64,000 bases of DNA from the human T2T-CHM13v2.0 reference genome, Homo sapiens. The position numbers and the translations under genes are program-made. Below are positions 52,190 to 64,000 of the stretch, one piece after another (position 1 is the stretch's first letter; each line of letters begins with the position of its first letter). The notes below the pieces were generated by a model. It saw only the letters and a program-made list of their open reading frames with translations, did no database searches and had not been told where the DNA came from. Where the stretch lies: NCBI RefSeq assembly GCF_009914755.1, contig NC_060934.1. One strand, written 5' to 3'.

Positions 52190-53477
52190 CATCCACACTT
52201 TTCCAGGAGGACAAAGACACAATGAAGTGTTCAGAGAAAGCAGCAAATGGTTCTTCTGTACATTTAGGGGAAAAGTTGAATTACATATCCTCCTGTATTT
52301 TTACAATGACTTTGTGATAGTCCACTCTATCTTTCTTTTCTTTAATTGACTTGAACAAGTCTCTGTTCCTGTCTATCAAAATAACAAACAGAAAATCATT
52401 TTACTCTCTTTTTCTCCATGGACATTTTACCAGAAGATGTTGAACAAAACTAGAGTGGCAGGGTACTACTGGGGGATATTTACAGCCTGGGGAACTTCTT
52501 GTGTCTTCCAGAGCTAAAAAATACATATTAGAACTTACCATAATGGCAATCTTCTTAATAATATCCCAATGAACAGAAAATTATTTTGGATGAATCCATT
52601 GAGTTTAAACCCAGTAGAACAAGGTAAAAAGGCTTTTGAAAAGAAGCAACCAATCTTCTCTACTCTTAAAATAGCCTTTTCTTTCCCATAGAACATAGAG
52701 AAAGAAACCAAATAAGTGGGAAATGGATGAGAAAGCACAATCAATACTAATTCATGGTTCCTGCTTTGAAAGGCAGCAAAAAGTCATTCATAATCTCATG
52801 TGCTTTTCTAGTTGTGTCACACGAAGGCCTATGGTAAAAGGATAAGAGGAAAAGTAAGGTCATTACCCATGTTTGAAAAATTGTTAAATTGTTTGCGAAA
52901 GGAAAAAAATCTCTTCTTAATAATCTCAGAGACACAGGACCTAAGTGAAATCAATTTTGGGTAGTTTGGGATCATTCTAGCCCAGTCAAGAGAAAGTTTC
53001 AAAACGGACTGTAGCAATGAGGTCCATTTGTTATAAAACCACCCTAGAGGAGAATGCACATGTAGGCACACGAACACATGCACACCCCATACTTTGTATT
53101 TTTTATATATTTGTGTATATAAAGTGTTCTGTGTTTAAAATTTTATATATATTATTGACACTCAAAGTATAAATTCCTGACCCTCTCCCAACAAAAATTA
53201 GATTCAGAATTAAGTTTAGATCTTTGGTCAGCTTTTGGTAGGGTTTGCAAATAATTGAATATAGAAAGCAAGTGTTTTCTGTTTTCTGAGTTCTATAAGA
53301 ATCCAGTGTGTGTATATTTGCATGTGTGCATGCATAGAATTCTTTCCCTTATGGTTTGCGATCATCCTACTTTATGCCTCTCAGATATTTAGCTAGGAAA
53401 ATGACTCAAGTTTCATAAATGTCATTCCAATATCGGATCATATCCAGAGCTGTTGGTGTGTTTGATGGAGACATACC

Positions 53478-53665
53478 TTAAGCAACTGTTTATTGAGTGC
53501 CTGTTAAGTACTAAGTACCTTCTTCATGACAATCCTCCTAGTTCAGATTTGTACCCATTTTTCAGGTTAAGTCACTTACTCAGGATCATGTTTGACCCCC
53601 AAGTAACTGAGCTGGAATTCAGTTCTATGGTGCCAAACTTGAAAGCCCAATCTTCCCATGACTAG
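53478..53665 (-). mobile_element. MIR remnant
   Basis: tttattgagtgcctg...cttcatgacaatcct...ggttaagtcacttactcaggatca...gagctggaattca. Confidence 0.6.
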
Positions 53666-53669
53666 TGAT

Positions 53670-53950
53670 GACTCTATGGATCCTGGAGACAGACTGACTT
53701 TGAATCCTGTTCCTGTTGCTTTCTAGCTGTTTTACCTTTGGCAAATTACATAATTTTTGTGCCTTAGTGTCCTCATCTGTAAAATGAAAATAATAGTCAT
53801 TTTAATATTATTTATTTCTTTGCTAATCATTTATTAATTTAATAAGAAATTGCTTAACAAGATTGTTGGGAGGATTAAATCATACAATATATATAAAGTG
53901 CTTACCCAACCCATTGTAAGATCCCATCTATATTGGTCATTGTCATGATT
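53670..53950 (+). mobile_element. MIR
   Basis: ctggagacagactgactttgaatcctg...tgtgccttagtgtcctcatctgtaaaatg...ttgttgggaggattaaat. Confidence 0.82.
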
Positions 53951-54370
53951 ATTCTGTACTTTGGCAAGAGATTCAAGCCTTGAAGCTCTCATGGCCCATG
54001 GAGATGCTAGTTTACTAGCAATTTGCCCCATAGACTGGTTGGTTCATGGCTAGCAGCAACTACTTTACCTGTCCTATCTCTACGTGCTTCTAAATGGGGG
54101 AGGGGAGGGGCTCCAGGGTGTGTAAGCACATCAAATGCAGACAGGATTTCCCCAAATGCATTGCAGGTGCCAGAGGACTGGCAAGCCCATGTTTACTTTC
54201 TAGATTACTTGGGAAAACTTGAGAACTCGCTGATGGTGGGATGGCTTTTCAATTAGAATAACCTCACTCAAAATCATACATATTTTTTCCTTTTGGGAAG
54301 TATAACTTGTTTGATTCTAGTGTCCAAAACTTACCTTCTCTGAATGCCTCCCACCATGGTGCCTGAGCGA

Positions 54371-54410
54371 GGGGCTTTCCACTTCAGAATGAGGTCATAA
54401 ATATGCAAAT
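54371..54410. promoter_or_regulatory. Candidate enhancer motif cluster (NF-kB, CRE-like/nuclear-receptor half site, octamer)
   Basis: GGGGCTTTCC 54371-54380, TGAGGTCA 54390-54397, ATGCAAAT 54403-54410; motif match only. Confidence 0.35.
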
Positions 54411-55284
54411 ATTCTTCTCTGTGGAGTTGACTTTACCAGGCTCATTTACAAAGTTACTCAGCTGTGACTTGGCCACTTAAATAACCCTGTTGCTTAAAGA
54501 TATCCCTTACTCCAGCCATTTACCCTCTAAACCATGTTCATGTTATAGAAAAATACAAATACAAGCACGTTCTGCACGAGCAGTATTACAAAGCTGTATT
54601 TTGTCAGTTGTAAATTATATCTGGTTTTGAGGGAGGAAAGGGAGATCAACAATTCTATATTCTATGAAACAATTTCATAAGAAATATTAGACCCTCATAA
54701 TTCTGAAGTCTCATATGCTAGTTTTATTTTGTTCTGGTAGGTTTTAGAAGCAAACAATTCTCTGGGTGCCTAAAAGTAATGCCTAGGTTTCTGTTTTTAC
54801 ATATTTAAGCTATGCATTTAGATACAATTCAAGCATTCCAGGGTGTTAACGGTGTTTACAAAGAAAACTGCCAGAGGCAAATTCAGGCAGTTTCTTAAAT
54901 TAATAATGCTTTTGTTCAAACTCCAATTTTTTCTTCCAGTTCTGCTAGAACCAATGTGCATCTTCCCCATTTGTTCAGAGGATAATGATGACAATTTCCA
55001 TTTACACATTGCATTTCATCTGGAAGGCACTCTCTCTCACACACTACATCACTGTCTTCCACCTTCAGCATGGCAACAGGAAATGCCAACTGCATTATCA
55101 CAGTCATTGGTCAGTGAGGAGAAGAGAACCCCCAAAGCAAACACCGCATCAGAGGCTGGAAGAAAGGCAGGAAGGCCAAAAGTGCAGTCAACACATTGCT
55201 GTGTTTGCTTGGAAGGTAGGTCTGGTTCAAGGAGCAGAATGTCTTCCAGTGACCACCCCTGTATCTTTGTAGGAATAAGTGGGA

Positions 55285-55480
55285 CTGCGGAGCTAGTGGT
55301 TTGGAGCTAGACAGACGCACATTTAAGTCATTGGCTTATCACTTTCTTGTCAAGTGTCTTTAGGCAAATCAGCTGATCCCTTTGAGACTTGGTTTTTGCA
55401 ACTCATTACAGGGGAAGAATAACTCCTACTTTCCAAGGTTATATATGTGGGATATATATGAGTAAATCATGTTATAGGGG
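55285..55480 (+). mobile_element. MIR remnant
   Basis: ttggagctagacagac...ctttaggcaaatcagctgatccctttgagacttggttttt. Confidence 0.55.
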
Positions 55481-55746
55481 GTTACTAAATGTTCTCCAGG
55501 ATTTGCTGTGATTACTAGTGTTGCTATAGTTACTGTCAGTCACTACTACCTATACAGTTGAATATAATAGGTGTTGTGGACCCTCTTCAAATTGTCTGAT
55601 CTTAAGTCCTAACAATGGAGACAATCTTGTGGTTTGCACAAAAGAGGGAGGGGTGTTATCACCCAAGGCCCAAATTATAATGCCCTTTTATGGGGCAAGG
55701 AGAACATATGGTGTTCCATTAGCATAGCCTACACAAATACTTTACA

Positions 55747-55930
55747 CAGTGATTCTCACATTTTAGTTTGTCTAAAAGTCATCTGAAGTGCTTTTAAAAA
55801 TACAGATTGCAGGGCCCTGCCCTAGAGTTTCTGATATGGTAAGTTTTGGGGCCCAATAATTTGCATTTCTGAAGAAGTTTCCCGGTAGTGGTAGCACTGC
55901 TCTGGGGACAACACTCCAAAGACCGCTGCA
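55747..55930. mobile_element. MER5A-type MITE
   Basis: cagtgattctcacattttag...ttaaaaatacagattgcagggccc...agagtttctgat...aatttgcatttct. Confidence 0.8.
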
Positions 55931-56309
55931 TATGAGGTGATCAGGTAGCTAATTACCATCCTGGAAGCCACTGATAGCCTACTCTCCAGAAGGTGTTTTG
56001 TGTTGGGGGCCAGAGATTTCAGAAGAGGCTGGGCATATTAAAGGTGAAGCCAGGGATAGGTTGAACACCTGCAGAAGGTAAAGACTTGGGGGGCAGGGCA
56101 GGTGTCAAGATCCTGTGGCCCCTATTTCACAGTTGCATCTATACTTGCTTGGCTTGGCTTGGCTCAGGGTTTCTGTCCTTTCTCCCCTTCGTGGCTTCCT
56201 CTTTCTCTTTTTCAATCTCTCTCTCTCTCTCTTTAGGATCTAATACTTTTTATTATAATGTCATTGAAGCACAAATATAAAACTAGTTACAGTTACCTTG
56301 TGCCTATAG

Positions 56310-56685
56310 CTCTTGCATAGTCAGCTGGGCCATAACAAAGCACACGGGCTGGTGGTTTAAGCAACAGGAATGCACTGTCACAGCTCTGAAGGCTGCAGGT
56401 GGAAATCAAGGTGTCAACAGGGCTGGGTTCCTTCCAGGGGCTTTCTCCTTGGCTTGGAGATGCTGTCTCCACTCTGTGTCCTCACATGGTCATTCCTCAG
56501 TGCATGTGTGTATCTTAAACTCATCTTCTTATAAGGACATCAGTCAGACAGGATTAGGGCCCAGCCTAATGACCTCATTTTAACTTATTTACCTCTTTAA
56601 AGATCTTATCTCCAAATATGGTTGGTTATGTTCTAAGGTACCAGGGGCTAGGACTTTAACATGTCAATTTTGTGGGATACATTTT
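56310..56685 (-). mobile_element. MLT1A/B-type MaLR LTR
   Basis: aatcaaggtgtcaacagggctgg...tcttcttataaggacatcagtc...ggattagggcccagcctaatgacctcattttaactt. Confidence 0.85.
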
Positions 56686-57214
56686 ACTGGCTTCCTCTTT
56701 CTAACCACTCCTACCCTCATGGAGTGCCCCTTTCCACTGAGTTGTCTCCAGACTGGCTGATGAATAGACAAGGAAAGAAAGCCTCAGGTGGTAGAAACAG
56801 CAAGCTAAGTGGCCTGAAAGCTGGATTCCAGTAGCTAAAAGCAATTTGACTTTGTTGGAGCCTAGAATGCAAAGAGATAGCAGCTTGGGAGCCTGCTGTG
56901 GAGTGACAAAGGCAGAAGTCAGGTCACCAATTGGACTCGATCCTAAATACTACGGGATACTACTGAAGGTCATTTATAGGAAGGGACAGTACTTGGTTTG
57001 TAATTTAAAAGTCTCACTTTTCTTGCAGTGTGAGAAGTTGACTGGAGAGCCTTGAGCCTGGAGACAGGGAGACCAGAGAAGGGGATGTTGTAGGTGTTTT
57101 GGCATGAGACCATGGTGGCTTCCACCTGGGTGAAGCAGCAGGATGGGAAAGACTTCTTGAATCACTATTTAATTATAATCAGAGTTTTGAACCATTTCAG
57201 TCATTTATTCCAGT

Positions 57215-57392
57215 CGTTTATTGTAGTGACTCCCACACTTCAGTAGACAAAGCAATCTGAGCGGGTCCCTGCAACACAGTTTCTGATTCAGTGAGTCGGA
57301 ATGAGGTCCAAGAATTTCCATTTTTAATAATTTCCCAAGGGATGCTGATTCTGATGCTGCTGGTCTTGGGACCAGACTTTGAGAACCACTGA
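57215..57392. mobile_element. MER5A-type MITE
   Basis: agtttctgattcagt...ccaagaatttccattttt...gatgctgctggtcttgggaccagactttgagaaccactg. Confidence 0.82.
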
Positions 57393-58058
57393 CTTATTCC
57401 TATTTTGCTACCAAGAGAATTACAGCCTTGAACCCTTCCAGCTAATAGGGCCTCAGCTTTTGGTAACCAGCGTCAGTATGCTTAAATAAAACATTGAACC
57501 TGTTCACTAAGATTCTGCTCCTCCAGCATCTGCATCAGTTCACCAAGCTCTCTCAGGCTCTAATTTGTCTTCGTGAACCATCAGCCTTGCTCTAACTTTT
57601 CCAACAACTGCTTCCTCTCAGGCTTCACTTGGCTTCTACAGCAAATGGAACCTGCTCATCCCCAAGAGATTCTAATTAACTCTCTTGGGGCCAACTCCCT
57701 GAGTGAATGACTTGAATAACTCAGCATGATTGCAATGTTTTATTTATTTAAAGATTCCAAATTCTTCTACCCTGCATGCCTATGTTAAACAAGGACAACC
57801 CAAAAAACAATCATGAATTAAAGAAATGCTTCTTTATACCCTGAGTTGTTCCTCTGTTCTCCGACTCTTTCCATGTTCCTTTAACTTTCACAGATGGCCA
57901 ATCTTTCTTGATTTTAATTTGGCAAGGGCCCTCCTTAAACATATTTTGATGATGGTAATAGAAAATAAAAATTAACTACAAGACTGCTGTCCTAATCTGT
58001 CATTAACAGGTTTTTCTTCCTTTGGAAAGATTAGCAGAGTATGAATCATTTCAGAGGG

Positions 58059-58261
58059 CTTCTTTTTCTTTTCTTTTCCTTGCTTTGTTCCTCTCTCCCT
58101 TCCTTCCTCCCTCCCTTCCTTCCTTTCCTTCTTCCTTTCTTTTTCTTTCTCTCTCTTTCTCTTTTACTTTAATCTTCTTCTCTCCCTCCTTTCTTTCTTT
58201 CTCTCTTCTCCTTTCCTCCCTTTCTTTCTTCCTTTTTCTTCTTTTCCCTTTTTTTCCCCTT
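58059..58261 (+). repeat. ~200-bp CT-rich polypyrimidine tract
   Basis: Only a handful of purines in 203 nt; explains the F/S/L-rich and K/R/E-rich ORFs at 58022 and 58051. Confidence 0.95.
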
Positions 58262-58874
58262 AGGCCCAACCCTTCCAGTCCCCGTTTTTTGCAGTGTCGA
58301 ATTTCTTGCCACAAAATTGATGCAATTGCCGCATTCTCTGCAATGAATATACAGGCTCCCTTCTTGCTCTCAGAGAAGTGAAGCCTATCCTTGTTACCTT
58401 CAGCTCCCCGTACCAGTGAGCAACTTGGCCACGCAGGGACTTTAGGGCCTGAGAATGGATTCCTCGAAGTACTCTGCAGGAATTGATTAAAACAGGAAGG
58501 AGAGGGGCGGGGAGATGAGAGAGCCAGAAGAGGAAAATAACATGTTAGTGCTCCTTTGTGCCTTACTGAAGTCAAGGCTGACTTCATAGTGTCACTCAGG
58601 GAAGGAGGCCAGGATTCTAAAGAGGAGAAATGATTAAGAGGGAAGCACAGAGGAGGATGAATTCAGAACCAAGCAGGGAAAAAACCTCATACCAGCCATT
58701 ATGATAAAATCAAGTAGGTGCAAGGAAATGAATGGGCAATTTGAGAGTGAAAATTATTTTATATCAGGCAGAAGACAGGATTCAAGGGTACTTCTAGCTT
58801 CAGGTATCTCTCACCATGCAATGTATTGATGTTGAGCTGTAAAATAAATTACTTAGAGTCTAACTTTCCCATTG

Positions 58875-59025
58875 GTTTTATTATTAAAGTTATTTTATAA
58901 TATAATTTTATAATATAAATACATTTAATATATACTTATATGAATATAAATATATTTATATTTTAAATATAATAATGTTATGTGTTTACAAATGATTCTA
59001 AGTTATATAAATTATTTTCATAAGC
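58875..59025. repeat. AT-rich low-complexity segment
   Basis: ttataatataattttataatataaatacatttaatatatacttatatgaatataaatatattt... Confidence 0.75.
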
Positions 59026-60222
59026 TATACAGATCTTTCTAATGAGTGAGGTGAGGACTTTTGATGAGCAAGAGGAGGAGTTGTAGGCTGCTCCTGTGGC
59101 ATGCTGGGTGTTTTAGAGAATTGAATGGGATTTGACTTTCCTCATTTTCCTTGTTTTTGTTCTTACAATCTGATTTTTTAATAATGGATCCTTCCTTTCT
59201 TTCTACCCTTGGTAGAAGTAAGAAGTATTTATTTCATACTTAGAAGTCCCTAGTTTCCATATTTACAATGCCAAATTTAATCTCCTTATCTTTTGCCTAA
59301 TTTGAGCATAGAAAAAAAATTTTTTTCATTAACTTGGATTCCAGATTTGCAATCTGTGAGCTTTCAGATAGTGTCACTTAAGAAAAAAATCAATCAAGAT
59401 AGGGTCATACAATTTTTGTCCACTTAGGGGAACAAAGTGACATTGAGAATTTTTAAAACTTCAATTAAGAAAAGAATTAATTGCAATTTAAGGCAAATCA
59501 CTACAGTATAAGCTGAATATTTGCTACAGTAAACAAAAATATTGTCTGTAAAGACATAGACGAACTCACTTTGTGTCTAAGTCAAATTACCTAGAGTATT
59601 TGAATGAGGCAAAAGCGTGTAAAAGTGATGTTCTCCTACCATGGATTTCGCCCAGTTCAGTCTGGCTGTTTTCCATTGTGTCTGACTTCCAGAGGTTTTG
59701 TAGTACAATGTTCAGCAGTTCTGGTTGAAAACACTACATTTCACCAATAGGTGTCACTGTCTAACGCATGATATATTCAGACATTTAAAAAAATTATCAT
59801 GTATGGATTTCGAGGTTCTGTAATTCTAATGAATTCCATACTTTATCAGTGTCGCAGTGTAGAAACATTGAGCATTAAGTTTCTATAGAGCAAAGACTCT
59901 AGAGGCTGCTGGGGGCAGAGGAAGGAGGTGGATCAGATACAGAATTCTAGCATTTTAGCTATTTCAGGGGGAAGTTAAGAGTAACAGTACGGATCTTGAG
60001 CTCACTGGCACTCAGAAGACTGTGATCAAGCTGATGACATAAATAATTTGAACAATTGCTTCTTGAGGCTCAATTGCTTTTTCCCCCCTTTAATCAGTGA
60101 AGAGTTGCCCTTGAACACTTGACAAAGCAGGCAGTATTTAGGGATTAGAAAAAGAGAAGAGAATCACTGTTTTGTCAAATTCTCTTAAAGATTTAAAGGC
60201 CTAAGTTGAATTCCCCCTCAAC

Positions 60223-60537
60223 TTTTTTTTTTTTTTTTTTTTTAGACAGGGTCTTGCTCTATCACCCAAGATGGAGTGCAGTGGCATGACCATAGCTCAC
60301 TGCAGCTTTGAACTCCTGAGCTCAAGCAATGCCCCCACCTCAGCCTCCCTAGGAGCTGGGACTACAAGGTGCATGCCAGCACACCCAGAAAATTTTTTAA
60401 TTTTAATTTTAATCTTTTGGTGGAGATGAGATCTTGCTATGTTGCCCAGGCTGTTCTCAAACTTCTGGCCTCACGGGATCCTCCCACCTCAGCCTTCCAA
60501 ATTGCTGGGATTACAGATGTGAACCTCCACACTGGTC
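60223..60537 (-). mobile_element. Full-length AluJ
   Basis: T21, agacagggtcttgctct...catagctcactgcagc...gagatgagatcttgctatgttgcccaggctg (J diagnostics). Confidence 0.95.
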
Positions 60538-60619
60538 ACTTTCATCTTGATGGTACAAGAAGAAAGTTGCTTTTCCATGAACTTTAGTGAACCTCATGGA
60601 AAGTTTATTTTTTATCAAC

Positions 60620-62095
60620 TGCTTTAAAATTTATTATGGAGGTTTTTGAACCTATACAAAGTTAGAGAGAATAGTATGATATACCTTGATGAGCATATGA
60701 CACAGCTTTAACTATTATCAATGTATGGCCAGCCCTGTTTCATCTGTACCTTCTCACCTCTGCCTTACTCTACTGGATGATTTTGAAGTAAATACTAGAC
60801 ATGATATAACTCCACCCCTATATATTGATGTATGTATCTCTAAGAGACAAGAACACTATTTTTAACCATTCTTAATATCTTAAAAATTAACATTATTTTT
60901 AATATAATCTAATATGCTGTCAGTATTCAACTTTTTTCTTACTGCTCCATAAATATCTTTTCTTTTTCAATTGGTTTATTTGAATTAGGATTCAAATTGC
61001 TTTTGGAGGATGGGTTTTATAAAACTCTTCTAAGGTGTAATAGTTTTCTTCTCTCTTTTTAAAAATGCTATTTCTTTGCTTGAAGAAGCTGGATCTTTTG
61101 TTTCATAGAATATCCTGCACTCTCGAGTCAGCCTATTACATCCTTGTGATGGCATTTGGTATGGTCATCTATCTTTTGTGTATTTCTTGCAAACTGAAAG
61201 TTATATCTAGATGCTTGATTTTATTCATGTTCAATTTTTTTGAAAACACTTTTTATAGATGATGCTCTATTTTTGTCATTGTATCACATAAGAAGCATAT
61301 GATGTTTGACACACACACATACTCTGTCTGCTGTATTTAATTTTTTACTTTATTTATTTATTTTTTAATGTTAAGATTACCTAAGGATTCAGGTGCTATC
61401 AGCCCGATTCATGAATCATTAGTTTTAGCAATCATGACGACCATTGTGTTGACCTATTATTTCATTGGGGATTAAAAATGGAGATATTCTAATTCAATCA
61501 TCCCTTCTGCAGTTACTAAATGGAATTCTCCAAGAATTCTTCCTCGTCAACTATTTGACTCCTTTGGAATACAGTTTGTGTAGGAAAGGCAGGATAAATG
61601 CTTGAATTTTATCTCCCCTTTATTTACCAGATGAAGAATGAGGAGTTGCTGCTTTAACAGCTTTCAAATGAGACAAAAGAGGTGTTTAAAAAATATATCC
61701 TTATTACCTTGATTAAAAAAAATTTGATGTGTTTCATCTTTAGTTGATAGGGAGTTTTGCTTTAACTTGACTCCAATTATCTCTTGACATGACCCTAGTG
61801 AATGGGGATAGCCTCTTTGCTTTCTGGTATGACAAGATGTTTCAGGCTCATATTGTGAATTTATTCTACCAGACCTGAAATCAGTCACTTCTCCAATGAT
61901 ACAAGGTTCTTTTTGTGGAGATGGTATTTAGAAACCACAATCTCAACACTAGGGGTGCTCTGTACCACTTAGGTGGTCATTACTTTTAGACCTTTGTGTA
62001 AATAGAAGTAGGTAATAGGTAATACATATACACACACACACATTAAAAAATACATCATGAGAATATTAGGCTTTTAATTTAAATGCAAATCTACA
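60620..62095 (-). mobile_element. L1MC-type 3' end (second copy)
   Basis: tatacaaagttagagagaatagtatga...taggaaaggcaggataaatgcttg...tctggtatgacaagatgtttcaggctcat...tggtatttagaaaccacaatct. Confidence 0.78.
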
Positions 62096-62439
62096 GGTCT
62101 CATTGAACAATATTTCCATTTAACTACGTTTCAGGCTTTTATAAGATCCAGCTTAGGGAAAATTGAATTCATGACATTTAGTTTGAGTTTAGTGAAAAAT
62201 ATTTATGTGATTTTTTAGTTGCTATTGTGTGTGGTGAAGCTATTATTAATCTTCAGTGTATAGAACCATTACTTCTCTGGTTCCCAGAAGTAGAAATGTG
62301 AATGATGGAGAGAAAAATAGATTTGCAATGTATGGAACCTGAAGCTGGTCTCTGAAAAATTCTTCTAATCATCAGACATGTTTAATTTTTAGTGGAGGAG
62401 TCAGTTCTCATCAACATCTAGTCAAAATGAAAGTGCTCT

Positions 62440-63295
<856 letters not shown>

Positions 63296-63296
63296 G

Positions 63297-63725
63297 TGTT
63301 GGTTGCTTTTCATTTAACCTTTGCCATTTTTAGCCCTTCTCTGCCCTATTCTGTACCCTAGGACCCTACAGATTTTCTCAGCTGGGCTTACCTGTTCTTT
63401 GGCTTCAAGAAGAGAAAAATGTTGGAATATTCATTCTTTTTGCTTCCTTTTGTCTCTCATCCTAGTTGCAGTAGTGAATGTACTCTGCTAAGACCTCAGG
63501 ACTTGGTGGAAGGCTCACACTTCACAGTTTCAGCTTTTATGGGGCCTTGTAACACCATTTTCTCCATTTTCCCTTTCAGGCCTGAGATATAAAGACATTC
63601 TCCAAGGTTTCATTATCCTTACTGATTTCCTTAATCCTCTTCAAGACTTAACTATTCACTTCTGTTGTTAAATTCTTTAGTTAAACTCTCTCGAGTATGG
63701 ATTTGTTTTCTGCTAGGACTGATGT
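63297..63725 (+). mobile_element. ERVL LTR (LTR33-like)
   Basis: ggttgct...cccttctctgccctattctgtaccctagga...tttggcttc...ttaaactctc...tttgttttctgctaggactgat. Confidence 0.6.
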
Positions 63726-64000
63726 GGATATTGAGGTTAAGCCTGAGTAGAGAAGTCTGGGATGAGGAATTAGCCAAAGTTTATTGGCTCCTTTTGATGC
63801 ATGTGATACCTCAGTTTGCACGTTCCCTTTGCATCCAAAAGCTCTTCTGTATCTGGACCCTGTTCAGGGCATGGGACTCTTTGGCAAAGCAAAGATATCC
63901 TGTGCTTAGATTTTAGGCTGCACTGGGACACCAGTTCCTCCTGCCCCCAACCTGTGGGCATGCCTTTTTCTAGAGTGTCACAACAGCATGTGAGTCTTTG

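Noticed and set aside
54843-55310. 155-aa ORF in unique DNA
   Set aside because: Non-ATG start, no recognisable domain, overlapping ORFs on both strands; consistent with chance.
58022-58587. 119-aa and 178-aa ORFs
   Set aside because: Produced by the stop-poor CT/GA-rich tract.

Overview
AT-rich, CpG-depleted primate (most likely human) genomic DNA, intronic or intergenic. I see no recognisable protein-coding exon, CpG island, tRNA or rRNA, and I cannot name the locus. A large share is fossil transposable elements. These include: a ~3 kb minus-strand L1PA/L1PB body; two young L1PA 3' fragments (one with a 14-bp target-site duplication, TSD); old L1M pieces; about eight Alu/FLAM copies; many MIR/L2 remnants; a near full-length HSMAR2 mariner; hAT MITEs (MER5, MER53, MER102, MER103C-like, Zaphod-like); and solo LTRs (THE1C, MLT1, LTR19-, LTR33- and LTR40-like). 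Repeat subfamily names come from my recall of consensus sequences, and most boundaries are approximate unless a TSD is quoted. The ORFs in the track are repeat-derived, low-complexity or apparently chance. I do not find convincing evidence of a new biological system. The best leads in unique DNA are: (i) a 57-bp ungapped dispersed duplicate at 17584 and 19721; (ii) several + strand exon-like segments (10121-10181, 33313-33401, and one behind a ~200-nt AG-free pyrimidine tract at 58264) that may belong to a spliced transcript; (iii) a compact NF-kB/CRE-like/octamer cluster at 54371; (iv) a 97-aa ORF with a signal-peptide-like N-terminus.
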